DNA from: an uncultured Candidatus Peribacteria bacterium
GTDB taxonomy: Bacteria; Patescibacteriota; Gracilibacteria; Peribacterales; Peribacteraceae
Reading direction: 5' to 3'
Assembly (NCBI GenBank): GCA_964608325.1
Contig: CAZSMX010000003.1
Location: 12,371-76,370, forward strand
Length of the DNA stretch: 64,000 bases
Shown here: in pieces, positions 7,735-16,193 of the stretch
How the letters are laid out: every line of letters begins with the position of its first letter
Numbering within the stretch: position 1 is the first letter of the stretch
Position numbers and translations under genes: made by a program
The notes under the pieces: model-generated
Database searches by the model: none
The model's input: only the letters and a program-made list of their open reading frames with translations
What the model was told of the DNA's origin: nothing

Positions 7735-7743
7735 TTATCTACG

Positions 7744-8292
7744 TTATTCGTATGAAACGGGCGTATTCGGCATTTCGGCGTCTTTATTGGCCTTTTCGGC
7801 AAGAAGGAACAGGTAATCGCTCAGGCGGTTCAAATAGATGACCACATATGGTCCCAATTGTTCCTTTGCGGCCAGCGATACGACCCAGCGCTCGGATCGT
7901 CGCGTGATGGTGCGGGCCAGGTGGAGCATCGCCGCGGATTCCGTCCCGCCGGGAAGGATGAACGATCGAAGGGGAGGAAGTTCTTCCTCGAGCACCTTGA
8001 TCCAACTTTCGATTTCGTCGATGTGCGATTGTTCCATGCGCGGCACCTTCGCGGCGTTGTTCTCGATGGGTGTCGCAAGATCCGCCCCCATGCGGAAGAG
8101 GAGGTTTTGCACGCGGGTGAGCTGCGCACGCATAGCTGCGCACACTTCCTTGTGCGCGATGATCAAACCGAGAACCGCATTGAGTTCGTCGACGTCGCCG
8201 TAGGCATGGATGCGCGGATCGTCTTTCGACACGCGTTGTCCGCCGAAGAGGCCCGTCGTTCCCTTGTCGCCGGTTTTGGTGACGATGGTCAT
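7744..8292 (-). CDS. ATP:cob(I)alamin adenosyltransferase, PduO type
   Basis: N-terminal TKTGDKGTTGL, YGDVDELN, and ILPGG...AMLHLARTITRRSER. Typical ~180-aa PduO-type domain. Confidence 0.85.
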   Translation of the reverse strand: MTIVTKTGDKGTTGLFGGQRVSKDDPRIHAYGDVDELNAVLGLIIAHKEVCAAMRAQLTRVQNLLFRMGADLATPIENNAAKVPRMEQSHIDEIESWIKVLEEELPPLRSFILPGGTESAAMLHLARTITRRSERWVVSLAAKEQLGPYVVIYLNRLSDYLFLLAEKANKDAEMPNTPVSYE

Positions 8293-8298
8293 GAGGGG

Positions 8299-8304
8299 AG
8301 TATA
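8299..8304 (-). promoter_or_regulatory. -10 box TATACT, 6 nt upstream of the ATG at 8292
   Basis: Minus strand reads GCGTATACTCCCCTCATG. It sits in the 15-nt gap after the pheT stop. Confidence 0.45.
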
Positions 8305-8307
8305 CGC

Positions 8308-10683
8308 TTACTTCATGGCTGCCAGCACTTTTTCGTGCGCTTTCTTCGCCTCGTCTTCGGTAAGCGTCCTGTCCTCGGCGCGGTAGGTGAAGCGCAGCGT
8401 GAGGTTGTACTCGCCGTCCTTCAGCGGTTTGCCGTTGTAGAGGTCCTTCACCGACACGTCCGCCAGCAACGGATCCACACCGTCCGCTTTCTTCAGGAGT
8501 TTGTCGAGAGCGTCCTTCTGCGTGCGTTGGATGGTGACGTCGTAGACGATGTCCGGGAAGGCAGGGACTGGGGCGGCGAAAATATCGGATGCTTTCTCCG
8601 CGAAGAGCATGTCCAGGTTCAGCGTGACGGCGGCGGCGCGGGCGGGGAGATCGAAATTCGCGGCGACCGTCGGGTGCAGTTCGTACAGGCAGCCGATTTT
8701 CTTCCCGTTTACGGAGATCTCGGCGCTGCGTCCCGGGTGCATGCCCGCGCTCGGGTCTTTCTTTGGCGTAACCGTTACGTCGTATCCGATCGTTTCCAAT
8801 GCGGAAACGATGTCGCGTTTCAGCAGCAGCAGCGGTTCTTCCAGCAGTCCTCCGTTGGCGCGCGCGGCGATGAGCGCCGTCAACTCGGTGGATTCCGGTT
8901 GTCCCTTGCGGAACACGTGCGCCCCATGGAACGTGCGGAGCGCGTCGTCGACCTGCAGCATGTTCTTTTGTGCGTGGACGAGCAGGGCGGGGAGCGTGGT
9001 CGTATGCATCACGGACGTTTCCTCTCCCAGCGGGTTGGCGAGGGGAATCGCTTCGTTCGGATCCGTTCCTGCTTTTGCGAGCAAGGCCGGGCTGACCAGG
9101 TTCAGCGGGACGATCTCGCTGTATCCGGCCATGGCCAATGCGTCGCGCAACGCGTGCTTGCGGGTGTCGCGCGGGGGGACGCGGACGGGAGCCAGCGGCA
9201 TTTCCTCGGGTACGTTCGCGTAGCCGGCAATACGTCCGATTTCCTCGATGAGATCGTGTTCACCGGTGATGTCGCGCAGCCGGTGGAGCGGGGGCGTCAC
9301 TTCCAACATGCCCTTCTTTCCAGCCTTCACCGCGAATCCGAGGTCCGTGAGGATTTCCGTCACCGCTTTCTTCGGCACGGTCATCCCCAGCGTCGCGGAC
9401 GCGCGGTCCAGCGAGAGCTCGATCGCTTCCGGCTTGCCGTCCTCGCCCCATTCGATCAGCTTGCTCTCGATCGCCATGCCGGGCGCGGATTCCTTGAGGA
9501 GATGCAGCGCGCGGGACAGTCCTTGGAGGGATGCGACAGCCGGGACGGATTTTTCATAAATCGTAGCGGCTTCCGTGCGATGTTCCGTCGCCTTGATGGC
9601 CTTGCGGATGCGCAACGGGTCGTACACCGGCGCGTGGATCAGGGCGCGTTTCGTGTTTGCGTTGAACGCGCTGCGGTCATCGCCCATGAGGCCGCACAAG
9701 TCGAACAGTCCTTTCCCGTCTTCCATCACGATCAATCCCTCCGGCAGTTTTCTCCGGATGCCGTCGAGCGTGGTCACCATCTCGCCTTCCTTTGATTCGC
9801 GGAATTTCATTCCCACTTCGATCTTGTCGACGTCGAAGATATGCAGCGGCATGCCGACATCCATCATGACGTAGTTCGTGACGTCCACCGGCAGGCTGAT
9901 GCTGCGGATGCCGACTCCTGCCAGACGTTCTTTCATCCATTCCGGCGTCGTGCCGTGGTCCGGCAGTTCCACGATGCATGCGTTGTACCGCGTGACCAGC
10001 GAGGGATCGGCGTTTTCCACTTCCACCGTCGTTCCCTTTCCGAATGCCGGAGGAGTGAGGTCCGGAAGTTTCTTCTTCCAGGTCGCGATACCGAGTGCGA
10101 CGCATTCTCGGGCGAATCCATAGTGTGAGAACAGGTCCGGGCGCGTGGTGATGGCGGTGTTCGAAATGACGAGCACGGTGTCATTCATTTTCAGCGCCTG
10201 CCTCAGGTCCTGCTGGGGCTGGAAACCGCTGTGCGTGAGGTCCACGATGGGGCGCTCGCCGTGTTCGGGCTTGGGCGGGAAGAGGCTTTCAATACCGAGT
10301 TCTTCCCCCGCGCAGATCATGCCGTGGCTTTCTTCGCCTCGGATCTTGGCCGGTTCCAGCGTCATCATCTCGCCTCCGTGCCATTTTACCCTTGCCCCTA
10401 CGTGCGCGAACGCGACGAGCATATGGTCTTCCAAATTCGTTCCTCCGCAGACCACTTTCTTCACTCCGCGGTCCGTCTCCACCTCGCACAGCCGCAGTTT
10501 GTCGGCGTTCGGGTGCGGCTTCACCGTCAAAATCTTTCCCACGCAGCAGTTCTCCAGGAGCGCCCCCTGCTTCTCCACGCCGTCCACTTCCGCCGTGCCC
10601 GCGGTGATGCGGTTCACGATGAGGTCGGTGTCGGTTTCCGTCCAGGTGATGTAGTCGGTGAGCCAGTTCAGGGAGATCTTCAT
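8308..10683 (-). CDS. pheT: Phenylalanine--tRNA ligase beta subunit
   Basis: 791 aa. MKISLNWLTDYI start, an N-terminal tRNA-binding-like domain, a B3/4-B5 region and a C-terminal FDX-ACB-like end, giving the bacterial PheT architecture. Confidence 0.95.
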   Translation of the reverse strand: MKISLNWLTDYITWTETDTDLIVNRITAGTAEVDGVEKQGALLENCCVGKILTVKPHPNADKLRLCEVETDRGVKKVVCGGTNLEDHMLVAFAHVGARVKWHGGEMMTLEPAKIRGEESHGMICAGEELGIESLFPPKPEHGERPIVDLTHSGFQPQQDLRQALKMNDTVLVISNTAITTRPDLFSHYGFARECVALGIATWKKKLPDLTPPAFGKGTTVEVENADPSLVTRYNACIVELPDHGTTPEWMKERLAGVGIRSISLPVDVTNYVMMDVGMPLHIFDVDKIEVGMKFRESKEGEMVTTLDGIRRKLPEGLIVMEDGKGLFDLCGLMGDDRSAFNANTKRALIHAPVYDPLRIRKAIKATEHRTEAATIYEKSVPAVASLQGLSRALHLLKESAPGMAIESKLIEWGEDGKPEAIELSLDRASATLGMTVPKKAVTEILTDLGFAVKAGKKGMLEVTPPLHRLRDITGEHDLIEEIGRIAGYANVPEEMPLAPVRVPPRDTRKHALRDALAMAGYSEIVPLNLVSPALLAKAGTDPNEAIPLANPLGEETSVMHTTTLPALLVHAQKNMLQVDDALRTFHGAHVFRKGQPESTELTALIAARANGGLLEEPLLLLKRDIVSALETIGYDVTVTPKKDPSAGMHPGRSAEISVNGKKIGCLYELHPTVAANFDLPARAAAVTLNLDMLFAEKASDIFAAPVPAFPDIVYDVTIQRTQKDALDKLLKKADGVDPLLADVSVKDLYNGKPLKDGEYNLTLRFTYRAEDRTLTEDEAKKAHEKVLAAMK

Positions 10684-10788
10684 GGCCGATAGCCTACCCT
10701 ACGCCCAGCCATCGGCACAATTCCGCTCTTTGTGGATATTTCCAGCGAGGAGTACACTTTTTTTGATTTACCCTTTCCCCATTTCCCT

Positions 10789-11112
10789 ATGTGTGGTTCC
10801 CATGAATCCCGCTGCAAGACATGCAAGACGGTCGGCATGATCACGATGATCTTCACCGTCCTCTTCACCCTCGTGGCCCTCTACGCTTCGTATCGCGTCT
10901 TCTTCGTCCTCGATAATCGCATTGGCACGACGGATGGATCGCTCGTCATCATCGCCGCGATCTTCTGCCTTGGCGCCGTGAACAAGGGTATGAAGATGTG
11001 TCCCTGCCGATCCAAGGGATGCGGCTGCGGCGGAGGCTGCGGATGCGGAGACAAGGGTGGTTGCGATTGCGGACATGACCACGGCGACGCCGCTGCGTCC
11101 CACCAGCACTAA
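10789..11112 (+). CDS. Small 2-TM membrane protein with a metallothionein-like Cys/Gly/His tail
   Basis: Trimmed to the ATG at 10789 (the track starts at a GTG at 10732). Two hydrophobic spans, then MCPCRSKGCGCGGGCGCGDKGGCDCGHDHGD. A terminator follows. Confidence 0.5.
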   Translation: MCGSHESRCKTCKTVGMITMIFTVLFTLVALYASYRVFFVLDNRIGTTDGSLVIIAAIFCLGAVNKGMKMCPCRSKGCGCGGGCGCGDKGGCDCGHDHGDAAASHQH

Positions 11113-11125
11113 GACCGTTCGATGA

Positions 11126-11160
11126 AAAAGAAAGGCGGGCCGCGAGGTTCGCCTTTTTTG
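11126..11160 (+). terminator. Rho-independent terminator
   Basis: AAAGGCGGGCC-GCGA-GGTTCGCCTTT followed by TTTG: an ~11-bp stem (two G-U pairs) with a GNRA loop. Confidence 0.65.
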
Positions 11161-11205
11161 GATATAGCAAATGGCCGCAGGCCAGCCGAAGCGGGTCTAC
11201 GTTTT

Positions 11206-11237
11206 CCGTCCGCCTTTGCCAAGGCTACGGCGGACAG
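11206..11237. repeat. Short hairpin repeat, diverged copy 3, just 3' of tRNA-Ser
   Basis: CCGTCCGCCTTTGCCAAGGCTACGGCGGACAG. Same layout as 6695-6725, with paired substitutions in both the outer and inner inverted repeats. Confidence 0.55.
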
Positions 11238-11255
11238 CATTCGCTTCGCGAAGGC

Positions 11256-11345
11256 TGGCGGAGGGGGGGAGATTCGAACTCCCGAGACGCTTTCACGTCT
11301 ACACGCTTTCCAAGCGTGCGCACTAGGCCACTATGCGACCCCTCC
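11256..11345 (-). tRNA. tRNA-Ser (anticodon GGA), CCA encoded
   Basis: Hand-folded cloverleaf: acceptor GGAGGGG/CCCCTCC, anticodon arm CACGC-TTGGAAA-GCGTG, long variable arm, T-arm GGGAG-TTCGAAT-CTCCC, then G-CCA. Confidence 0.9.
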
Positions 11346-11360
11346 AGATGTGCGGACGCC

Positions 11361-11366
11361 AGTATA
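11361..11366 (-). promoter_or_regulatory. -10 box TATACT, 15 nt upstream of the tRNA-Ser 5' end
   Basis: Minus strand reads CCTTATACTGGCGTCCGCACATCT followed by GGAGGGG. Confidence 0.4.
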
Positions 11367-11467
11367 AGGATTTGTGGGGCCAAAGAAAGTGGTTCGGGTC
11401 CCCTTTATTCCGCGTAAAACGAGTTTTTGAATGATTCAGGGTGTTCGTGATACCTTGGAAGGCAATT

Positions 11468-12232
11468 ATGGAACGCAAGATTGTAGCCATCGGCGGAGGA
11501 GAGATGGGCCGGCCCGGAACGAAAAAAGAAACGGTGCCGATCGACAAGGAGATCATCGCCTTGTCCGGAAAAAAGAAGCCTAAGGTCCTTTTCATCCCCA
11601 CTGCCAGCAAGGACTCCGAGGGGTACGTTCAGGTATTTTTCAAGTATTACGGGAAGCTGGGTGCCGACGTGAGCGTGCTGAGCATTCTCAAGGAAAATCT
11701 TTCAAGGAAAGAGATCAAGGAAAAGATCATGGGATCGGACATCGTCTACGTCGGCGGAGGCAACACGATGCAGATGATGAAGAAATGGAGGGCCGCCGGC
11801 GTCGATGTGCTCCTTCGTAAAGCTGCTCGCAAAGGCATCGTCCTGTGCGGCCTCAGCGCGGGATCCGTGTGTTGGTTCCGCGAAGGCAATTCCGATTCCC
11901 TGAAGTCCATGAATCCTAAACTGCCGTATGTGAAGGTGCGCGGTTTGAATCTCATCCCCGCTTTGCATTGCCCGCACTATGACGCGGAGTTCGATCGGCA
12001 GGCATCTGTCAAAAAAATGATGAAGACAACTCCCGGCGTCGCCATCGCCTTAGACAACTGCTGCGCCATCGAGATCGTGGGCAAGACGTACCGTATCATC
12101 CGATCGAAGAAAACCGCCAAGGCGCGCAAGCTCTATTGGAAGGGCGGAAAGTACCATGACGAACCGATCGAGTCATCGGATTCCTTCGAACCGCTTGCCC
12201 ACCTTCTTGCAAAGAAGGACACTGCCGTCTGA
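11468..12232 (+). CDS. Peptidase E-like serine peptidase (family S51)
   Basis: Trimmed to the ATG at 11468 (MERKIVAIGGG), with GGAAGG 5 nt upstream. Motifs IVYVGGGNT and the nucleophile elbow CGLSAGS. Confidence 0.75.
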   Translation: MERKIVAIGGGEMGRPGTKKETVPIDKEIIALSGKKKPKVLFIPTASKDSEGYVQVFFKYYGKLGADVSVLSILKENLSRKEIKEKIMGSDIVYVGGGNTMQMMKKWRAAGVDVLLRKAARKGIVLCGLSAGSVCWFREGNSDSLKSMNPKLPYVKVRGLNLIPALHCPHYDAEFDRQASVKKMMKTTPGVAIALDNCCAIEIVGKTYRIIRSKKTAKARKLYWKGGKYHDEPIESSDSFEPLAHLLAKKDTAV

Positions 12233-12235
12233 CAT

Positions 12236-12820
12236 ATGGATCGTGACCTCCAACTTCTCTTCGAACTCGGCACGCTGCGCTTCGTCCCGCGGACATGGAA
12301 CCAGCTCCATGATCCCAAGTTCGCCAACGTCGCGGAGCACATGTTCCGCATGCTGTGGATCGCGCTGATCCTGGCGAAGAGGGAAGGGGCGGACGTCGAC
12401 AAAGTCCTGAAAATCGCGTTGGTGCACGACATCACCGAGAGCCGTACGGGGGATGTCCACACGCTCACGCGCCACTACGTGCAGCGCGACGAAGAGAGCG
12501 CATTGGCGGACATGATGACTTCCACATCTTTCGAATCCGAAGCGAAAGAACTGATGGAGGAGTACCACAAGCGCGAGACGTTGGAGGCGAAGGTGGTGAA
12601 GGATGCCGATACGCTGGATGTCGACATGGAGTTGCGCGAGCTGACTGCGAAAGGCGGGAAGTACCCGAAGACATGGGATGAGAAGCGCCGGCAGATCGTG
12701 GAGCACGATTTGTACACCGAGAGCGCCAGGAAGATGTGGCACGAGATCAACGCGGCGGATCCGTACGAGTGGTACGCTGATGGAATCGAGAGGGTGATGA
12801 AAAGGAAAAAGTCTTCATAA
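12236..12820 (+). CDS. HD-domain phosphohydrolase (YfbR-like 5'-nucleotidase family)
   Basis: NVAEHMFRM ... LVHDITESRTGD ... VKDADTLD: the H...HD...D metal-binding pattern. Confidence 0.8.
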   Translation: MDRDLQLLFELGTLRFVPRTWNQLHDPKFANVAEHMFRMLWIALILAKREGADVDKVLKIALVHDITESRTGDVHTLTRHYVQRDEESALADMMTSTSFESEAKELMEEYHKRETLEAKVVKDADTLDVDMELRELTAKGGKYPKTWDEKRRQIVEHDLYTESARKMWHEINAADPYEWYADGIERVMKRKKSS

Positions 12821-12885
12821 GTCCTCTCCCTAACCCTCTCCTGGAAGGAGAGGGAACTCCCTTAGCCGCTTACGCGCCTGTCTCC

Positions 12886-13305
12886 ATGTCCTTCCCCGTC
12901 GAACTCGCACCGGCATTGATTGCCCTGGCTTCCGAACTGAAGCTGAACCCGAACGACGTCGAAGAGTCCTTCATCCGCGGAAGCGGCAAGGGCGGGCAGA
13001 AGATCAATAAGACCGCGTCGACGGTTCAGTTGGTGCACAAACCGACAGGCATCGAGGTGCGCATGCAGAAGCACCGCGAGCAGAGCAAGAACAGGTTGAG
13101 CGCGTGGAAACTTCTGATTCTCAAGCTGGAAGAGAAGGAGAGGGGGGAGGAGTCCCAGCTCGCGCGCGAGGCGTACAAGATCAAGAAGCAGAAGCAGCGC
13201 CGCAGCAGGAAGTCTAAATTGAAAATGCTCGACGCGAAGCATCACCGCGGGGATATCAAAGAAAAACGCCGCGGGGCGTGGAATGAATGGAGGGAATCCG
13301 CGTGA
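12886..13305 (+). CDS. arfB: Peptidyl-tRNA hydrolase ArfB (GGQ-domain ribosome rescue factor)
   Basis: RGSGKGGQKINKT GGQ motif plus a basic C-terminal tail (KKQKQRRSRKSKLKML). ~139 aa. Confidence 0.8.
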   Translation: MSFPVELAPALIALASELKLNPNDVEESFIRGSGKGGQKINKTASTVQLVHKPTGIEVRMQKHREQSKNRLSAWKLLILKLEEKERGEESQLAREAYKIKKQKQRRSRKSKLKMLDAKHHRGDIKEKRRGAWNEWRESA

Positions 13306-13309
13306 TGTC

Positions 13310-13519
13310 TTACGCCTTCTGCCCCTTCTGCATCCTCTTTGCGAGCGTGCGCAGGTAGCTCGTCGAAACCTTCATCGTCTTGTAAAGGCCCGTAGCCGGG
13401 TCGAACACGCGCTTCTTCTGCATGTTTACCTTCCAGGAGCGGCGCGTGGAGCGCAGCGAGTGGCTTCGGGTGTTCCCGAAAGCGGTCTTCTTGCCGGTTT
13501 TGATGCAGGCGCGTGCCAT
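13310..13519 (-). CDS. rpmB: 50S ribosomal protein L28
   Basis: [32 protein letters not shown] matches the L28 N-terminal signature (C..TGK....GN..SHS...T.R). Confidence 0.9.
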   Translation of the reverse strand: MARACIKTGKKTAFGNTRSHSLRSTRRSWKVNMQKKRVFDPATGLYKTMKVSTSYLRTLAKRMQKGQKA

Positions 13520-13530
13520 AAAGCTGCGGT

Positions 13531-13559
13531 ACCCTACCCGAGGGTTTTGGCAATGTCAA
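13531..13559 (-). promoter_or_regulatory. rpmB promoter: TTGACA-N17-TAGGGT, 11 nt before the ATG
   Basis: Minus strand reads TTGACA ttgccaaaaccctcggg TAGGGT accgcagcttt ATG. Confidence 0.5.
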
Positions 13560-13598
13560 ACACCTCTTTTGCCCTAGGAAAGGTGCTTTCGGGCTTTA

Positions 13599-13626
13599 TT
13601 GACTTAAAAAACAAATTATATAAAAT
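13599..13626 (+). promoter_or_regulatory. Promoter TTGACT-N16-TAAAAT, 6 nt before the GTG at 13633
   Basis: TTGACT (13599-13604), 16-nt AT-rich spacer, TAAAAT (13621-13626). Confidence 0.55.
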
Positions 13627-13632
13627 GTCAAT

Positions 13633-14328
13633 GTGCCCCTTCACAGCACGGGCAGGATCTATGCGAGGCAAGCACCGAGCGCATCATTTTCGTGCCTTCT
13701 GCGCTTGCCTCACCTCTCGCGATTCGTCATGAATCGCACAAGCCGCCAGCGTCCGGCGATAGCGGACAAAGATTTTTATCTCTGGAGAGATAAAACCATG
13801 TTTCCTGCTAACATTGGACTAGATTGTTGCCTATTTGATACCACTGCACTCTTCGGCGAACAACCGAAAGGAGGCCTCCATCCTTCGCCAGGCAAATATG
13901 TCATTAGAACTCACAAGGATATATCGCCGAGCGAGCTTCGCATGGCGGATATTGGGAAAATGTTTCTTTGGCAGCATGATTGGCATGACAACTATCCCTG
14001 GGCGTGCCAGCAGATGACCAGTGGCGTGTTTGAATTGAGACTGTTGGCTCCCGACGGCAACTTGAGAAGCTTTGAAGATCGGATGTCCTTGTTGGATCAG
14101 GGTGAGGTGCCGGCCCCACTCGTGCTTCTGGAGCTCCTACTCCTTTGTTTGCAATGTACTGGACTACCCGACCCACTCCGTGGCGAGTGGGTGTTCTGCC
14201 CGGAAACGAACTCATCGGGACAGAATATTGCGCTCTCGTGGAGCAGCGGGCGCATAATAATTCTCAATGGTATGGTTGCAGGTACAGAACAATTCGCATG
14301 GTTTGCAGCATGCAAACGACTGCAATAA
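13633..14328 (+). CDS. Orphan hypothetical protein in a lower-GC islet (start uncertain: GTG 13633 or ATG 13729)
   Basis: 231-aa ORF with Trp/Cys-rich stretches (WQHDWHDNYPWACQQ). No family recognised. Visibly AT-richer than its flanks. Confidence 0.45.
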   Translation: MPLHSTGRIYARQAPSASFSCLLRLPHLSRFVMNRTSRQRPAIADKDFYLWRDKTMFPANIGLDCCLFDTTALFGEQPKGGLHPSPGKYVIRTHKDISPSELRMADIGKMFLWQHDWHDNYPWACQQMTSGVFELRLLAPDGNLRSFEDRMSLLDQGEVPAPLVLLELLLLCLQCTGLPDPLRGEWVFCPETNSSGQNIALSWSSGRIIILNGMVAGTEQFAWFAACKRLQ

Positions 14329-14437
14329 TTCCTGCACTGCTTCAGGTTATGCACACAGTGCCCCCGCAGCTTCGGCTGCAGGTTTTTCTCATGTAATCCA
14401 TCGACTCCCACGCCCGATCGGTTATGCTGGCATCGAT

Positions 14438-15100
14438 ATGGATTTCCTCAATCCCACCTACATCATCGCCATCCTCATCGCCATTTCGGTCCACGAATGG
14501 GCGCATGCCTTTACGGCCGATCGATTGGGGGATCCCACCCCCCGCGACATGGGCCGCCTGACAGTGAACCCCATCGCCCACCTGGATCTGCTGGGCGCCG
14601 TCATGTTCCTGGTCGTCGGGTTCGGATGGGCCAAGCCCGTGCCGGTGAATCCCGCGTACTTCAAGCACCACAAGGGCGGCATGGCGCTCACCGCCATCGC
14701 GGGCCCCCTCAGCAACCTCATCCTGGCGTTCGCCGCGTACACGCTCCTGAACTTCATCGCGCTGCGTAATCCCGGCAGCGTGGAAGACCTGTTGCGCGGT
14801 ACTGCCACCGGCTCCCCGCTGATGACCATCATCCTGATGATCCTGCAGGGATCGCTTTTCGTGAACCTGGCCCTCATGGCGTTCAACCTGTTCCCCATCG
14901 CGCCGCTGGACGGCAGCAACGTCTTGCGCCTGTTCATCCCGCTGCGCTACGAGGACCGCTACGATGATTTCCTCCGCGTCGGCCCCTACATCCTGCTGTT
15001 CCTCCTGCTTTTCGAATCCTTCCTCCCGTTCCCGCTGCTCAGCAGCTGGGTGCGGTGGATCATGGAGGCGGTGTTCAACGTGTTCGCGTTGGTTTTCTAA
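14438..15100 (+). CDS. Site-2 protease family (M50) membrane metalloprotease
   Basis: Trimmed to the ATG at 14438 (MDFLNPTYII). HEWAHA zinc motif inside a TM span, and LFPIAPLDGS. TATGCT lies 9 nt upstream. Confidence 0.8.
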   Translation: MDFLNPTYIIAILIAISVHEWAHAFTADRLGDPTPRDMGRLTVNPIAHLDLLGAVMFLVVGFGWAKPVPVNPAYFKHHKGGMALTAIAGPLSNLILAFAAYTLLNFIALRNPGSVEDLLRGTATGSPLMTIILMILQGSLFVNLALMAFNLFPIAPLDGSNVLRLFIPLRYEDRYDDFLRVGPYILLFLLLFESFLPFPLLSSWVRWIMEAVFNVFALVF

Positions 15101-15612
15101 ATCTTCCGTGCGTCGTACGCCCAGTGCAGCACTGCCTGGCGCTGCCTGCGCCTGCAGGAAAGATCGCCGCGTTCGCAATTCTTTTTGATCTGGGTGATGT
15201 GCCGCTTGATCGCGAGCCAGCGTTTGATCTGCCGGTCGTCTTCCCCGGGCATGCGGCGTCCCATGTAGTACCGGCAGTACCACTGGAACCAGCCGCGCGG
15301 GTCGGCGGGGTGGATCCATCCTTTCTTCTTCCACACCGAGAGCGGCTGGCTGGCGTTCACGCTGAAGAAGTTGAGCGTCTTGTCGCGCTTCTCGGGTGAG
15401 AGCTTCGCACGGGCGAACCAGTCCTTCGGAAATTCCTTTGCGCAGTCCGTCATGTACTTCCCCCCGAACACCCCTAGCGCGAGCATCTCCTTCGGAGTGA
15501 GTTCGGGCTTGAAGCGCTCGTCGAAATTCTTCCCTTCCGGTTCCGTGAGTACGTATGTGCACTGCTGCATGAGGTCATCGACGTGCACGGTGACGGGGGA
15601 GCGGCGCGGCAT
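15097..15612 (-). CDS. Conserved-looking hypothetical protein
   Basis: 171-aa ORF with distinctive GVFGGKYMTD and DPRGWFQWYCRYYMGRR. I cannot name the family with confidence. TATGGT lies 8 nt upstream of the ATG. Confidence 0.55.
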   Translation of the reverse strand: MPRRSPVTVHVDDLMQQCTYVLTEPEGKNFDERFKPELTPKEMLALGVFGGKYMTDCAKEFPKDWFARAKLSPEKRDKTLNFFSVNASQPLSVWKKKGWIHPADPRGWFQWYCRYYMGRRMPGEDDRQIKRWLAIKRHITQIKKNCERGDLSCRRRQRQAVLHWAYDARKI

Positions 15613-15643
15613 ATGCGCCTACCATACGCAGATCGCGGGCAAC

Positions 15644-15670
15644 AAAAAAGCCCGCCGATGAGGCGGGCTT
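15644..15670 (-). terminator. Rho-independent terminator
   Basis: Minus strand reads AGCCCGCC-TCATC-GGCGGGCT followed by TTTTTTG. Confidence 0.65.
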
Positions 15671-15683
15671 CCTATTACATCGA

Positions 15684-16052
15684 TTAGCGGCCGGGCTTGT
15701 AATCCCGTACTAAATTACCATTGTCGTCACGTTCTGCAGATTTGTAGGCTTCGTACTCGTGGTTTCCAGGCGCCTCGTCATCTTCAGTGGCCGGAGCGGG
15801 AGCTTCCGTCGGACGGAGTTCGGGACCCATTGGCGTCTTCGAAATTGCATCGCGCGTCTCAGTGGTACCCTTCACTACGGCTGCTTTTGCCCTTTTTTGC
15901 TGCCTTAGGATAGCTTCGTTGTGCTGATTGATAACTTCTTCACCCCTGCCTCCGGGCAGACCTGCCTCAAGTTCTCCATCCGGACCACGGCCTTCATTGC
16001 CGTCTTCGTGCGGATTAAAGAAGCTATCATCGACATCATCATTAATCTCCAT
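15684..16052 (-). CDS. Acidic low-complexity hypothetical protein
   Basis: 122-aa ORF rich in Asp/Glu/Gly/Pro, in an AT-richer stretch. An AT-rich palindromic upstream region spans 16053-16190. Confidence 0.4.
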   Translation of the reverse strand: MEINDDVDDSFFNPHEDGNEGRGPDGELEAGLPGGRGEEVINQHNEAILRQQKRAKAAVVKGTTETRDAISKTPMGPELRPTEAPAPATEDDEAPGNHEYEAYKSAERDDNGNLVRDYKPGR

Positions 16053-16193
16053 ATGTATTTATTGGTATGAAATAAATGAATATACGTATTATACCATCAT
16101 TTATTAATTTATGCAATAATTTGGCAATACGTCAAATCGACTTTTTGGATAAAAATATCGAAGATATTGGCTTAAAGGTTTGTTTAAAAACAA

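Noticed and set aside
7858-9795. 645-aa plus-strand ORF, the longest unexplained ORF on the left side
   Set aside because: It lies fully antisense to pheT, which has unmistakable PheT-beta features. Its translation is Arg/His/Gly/Val-rich low-complexity, typical of the antisense frame of GC-rich genes.
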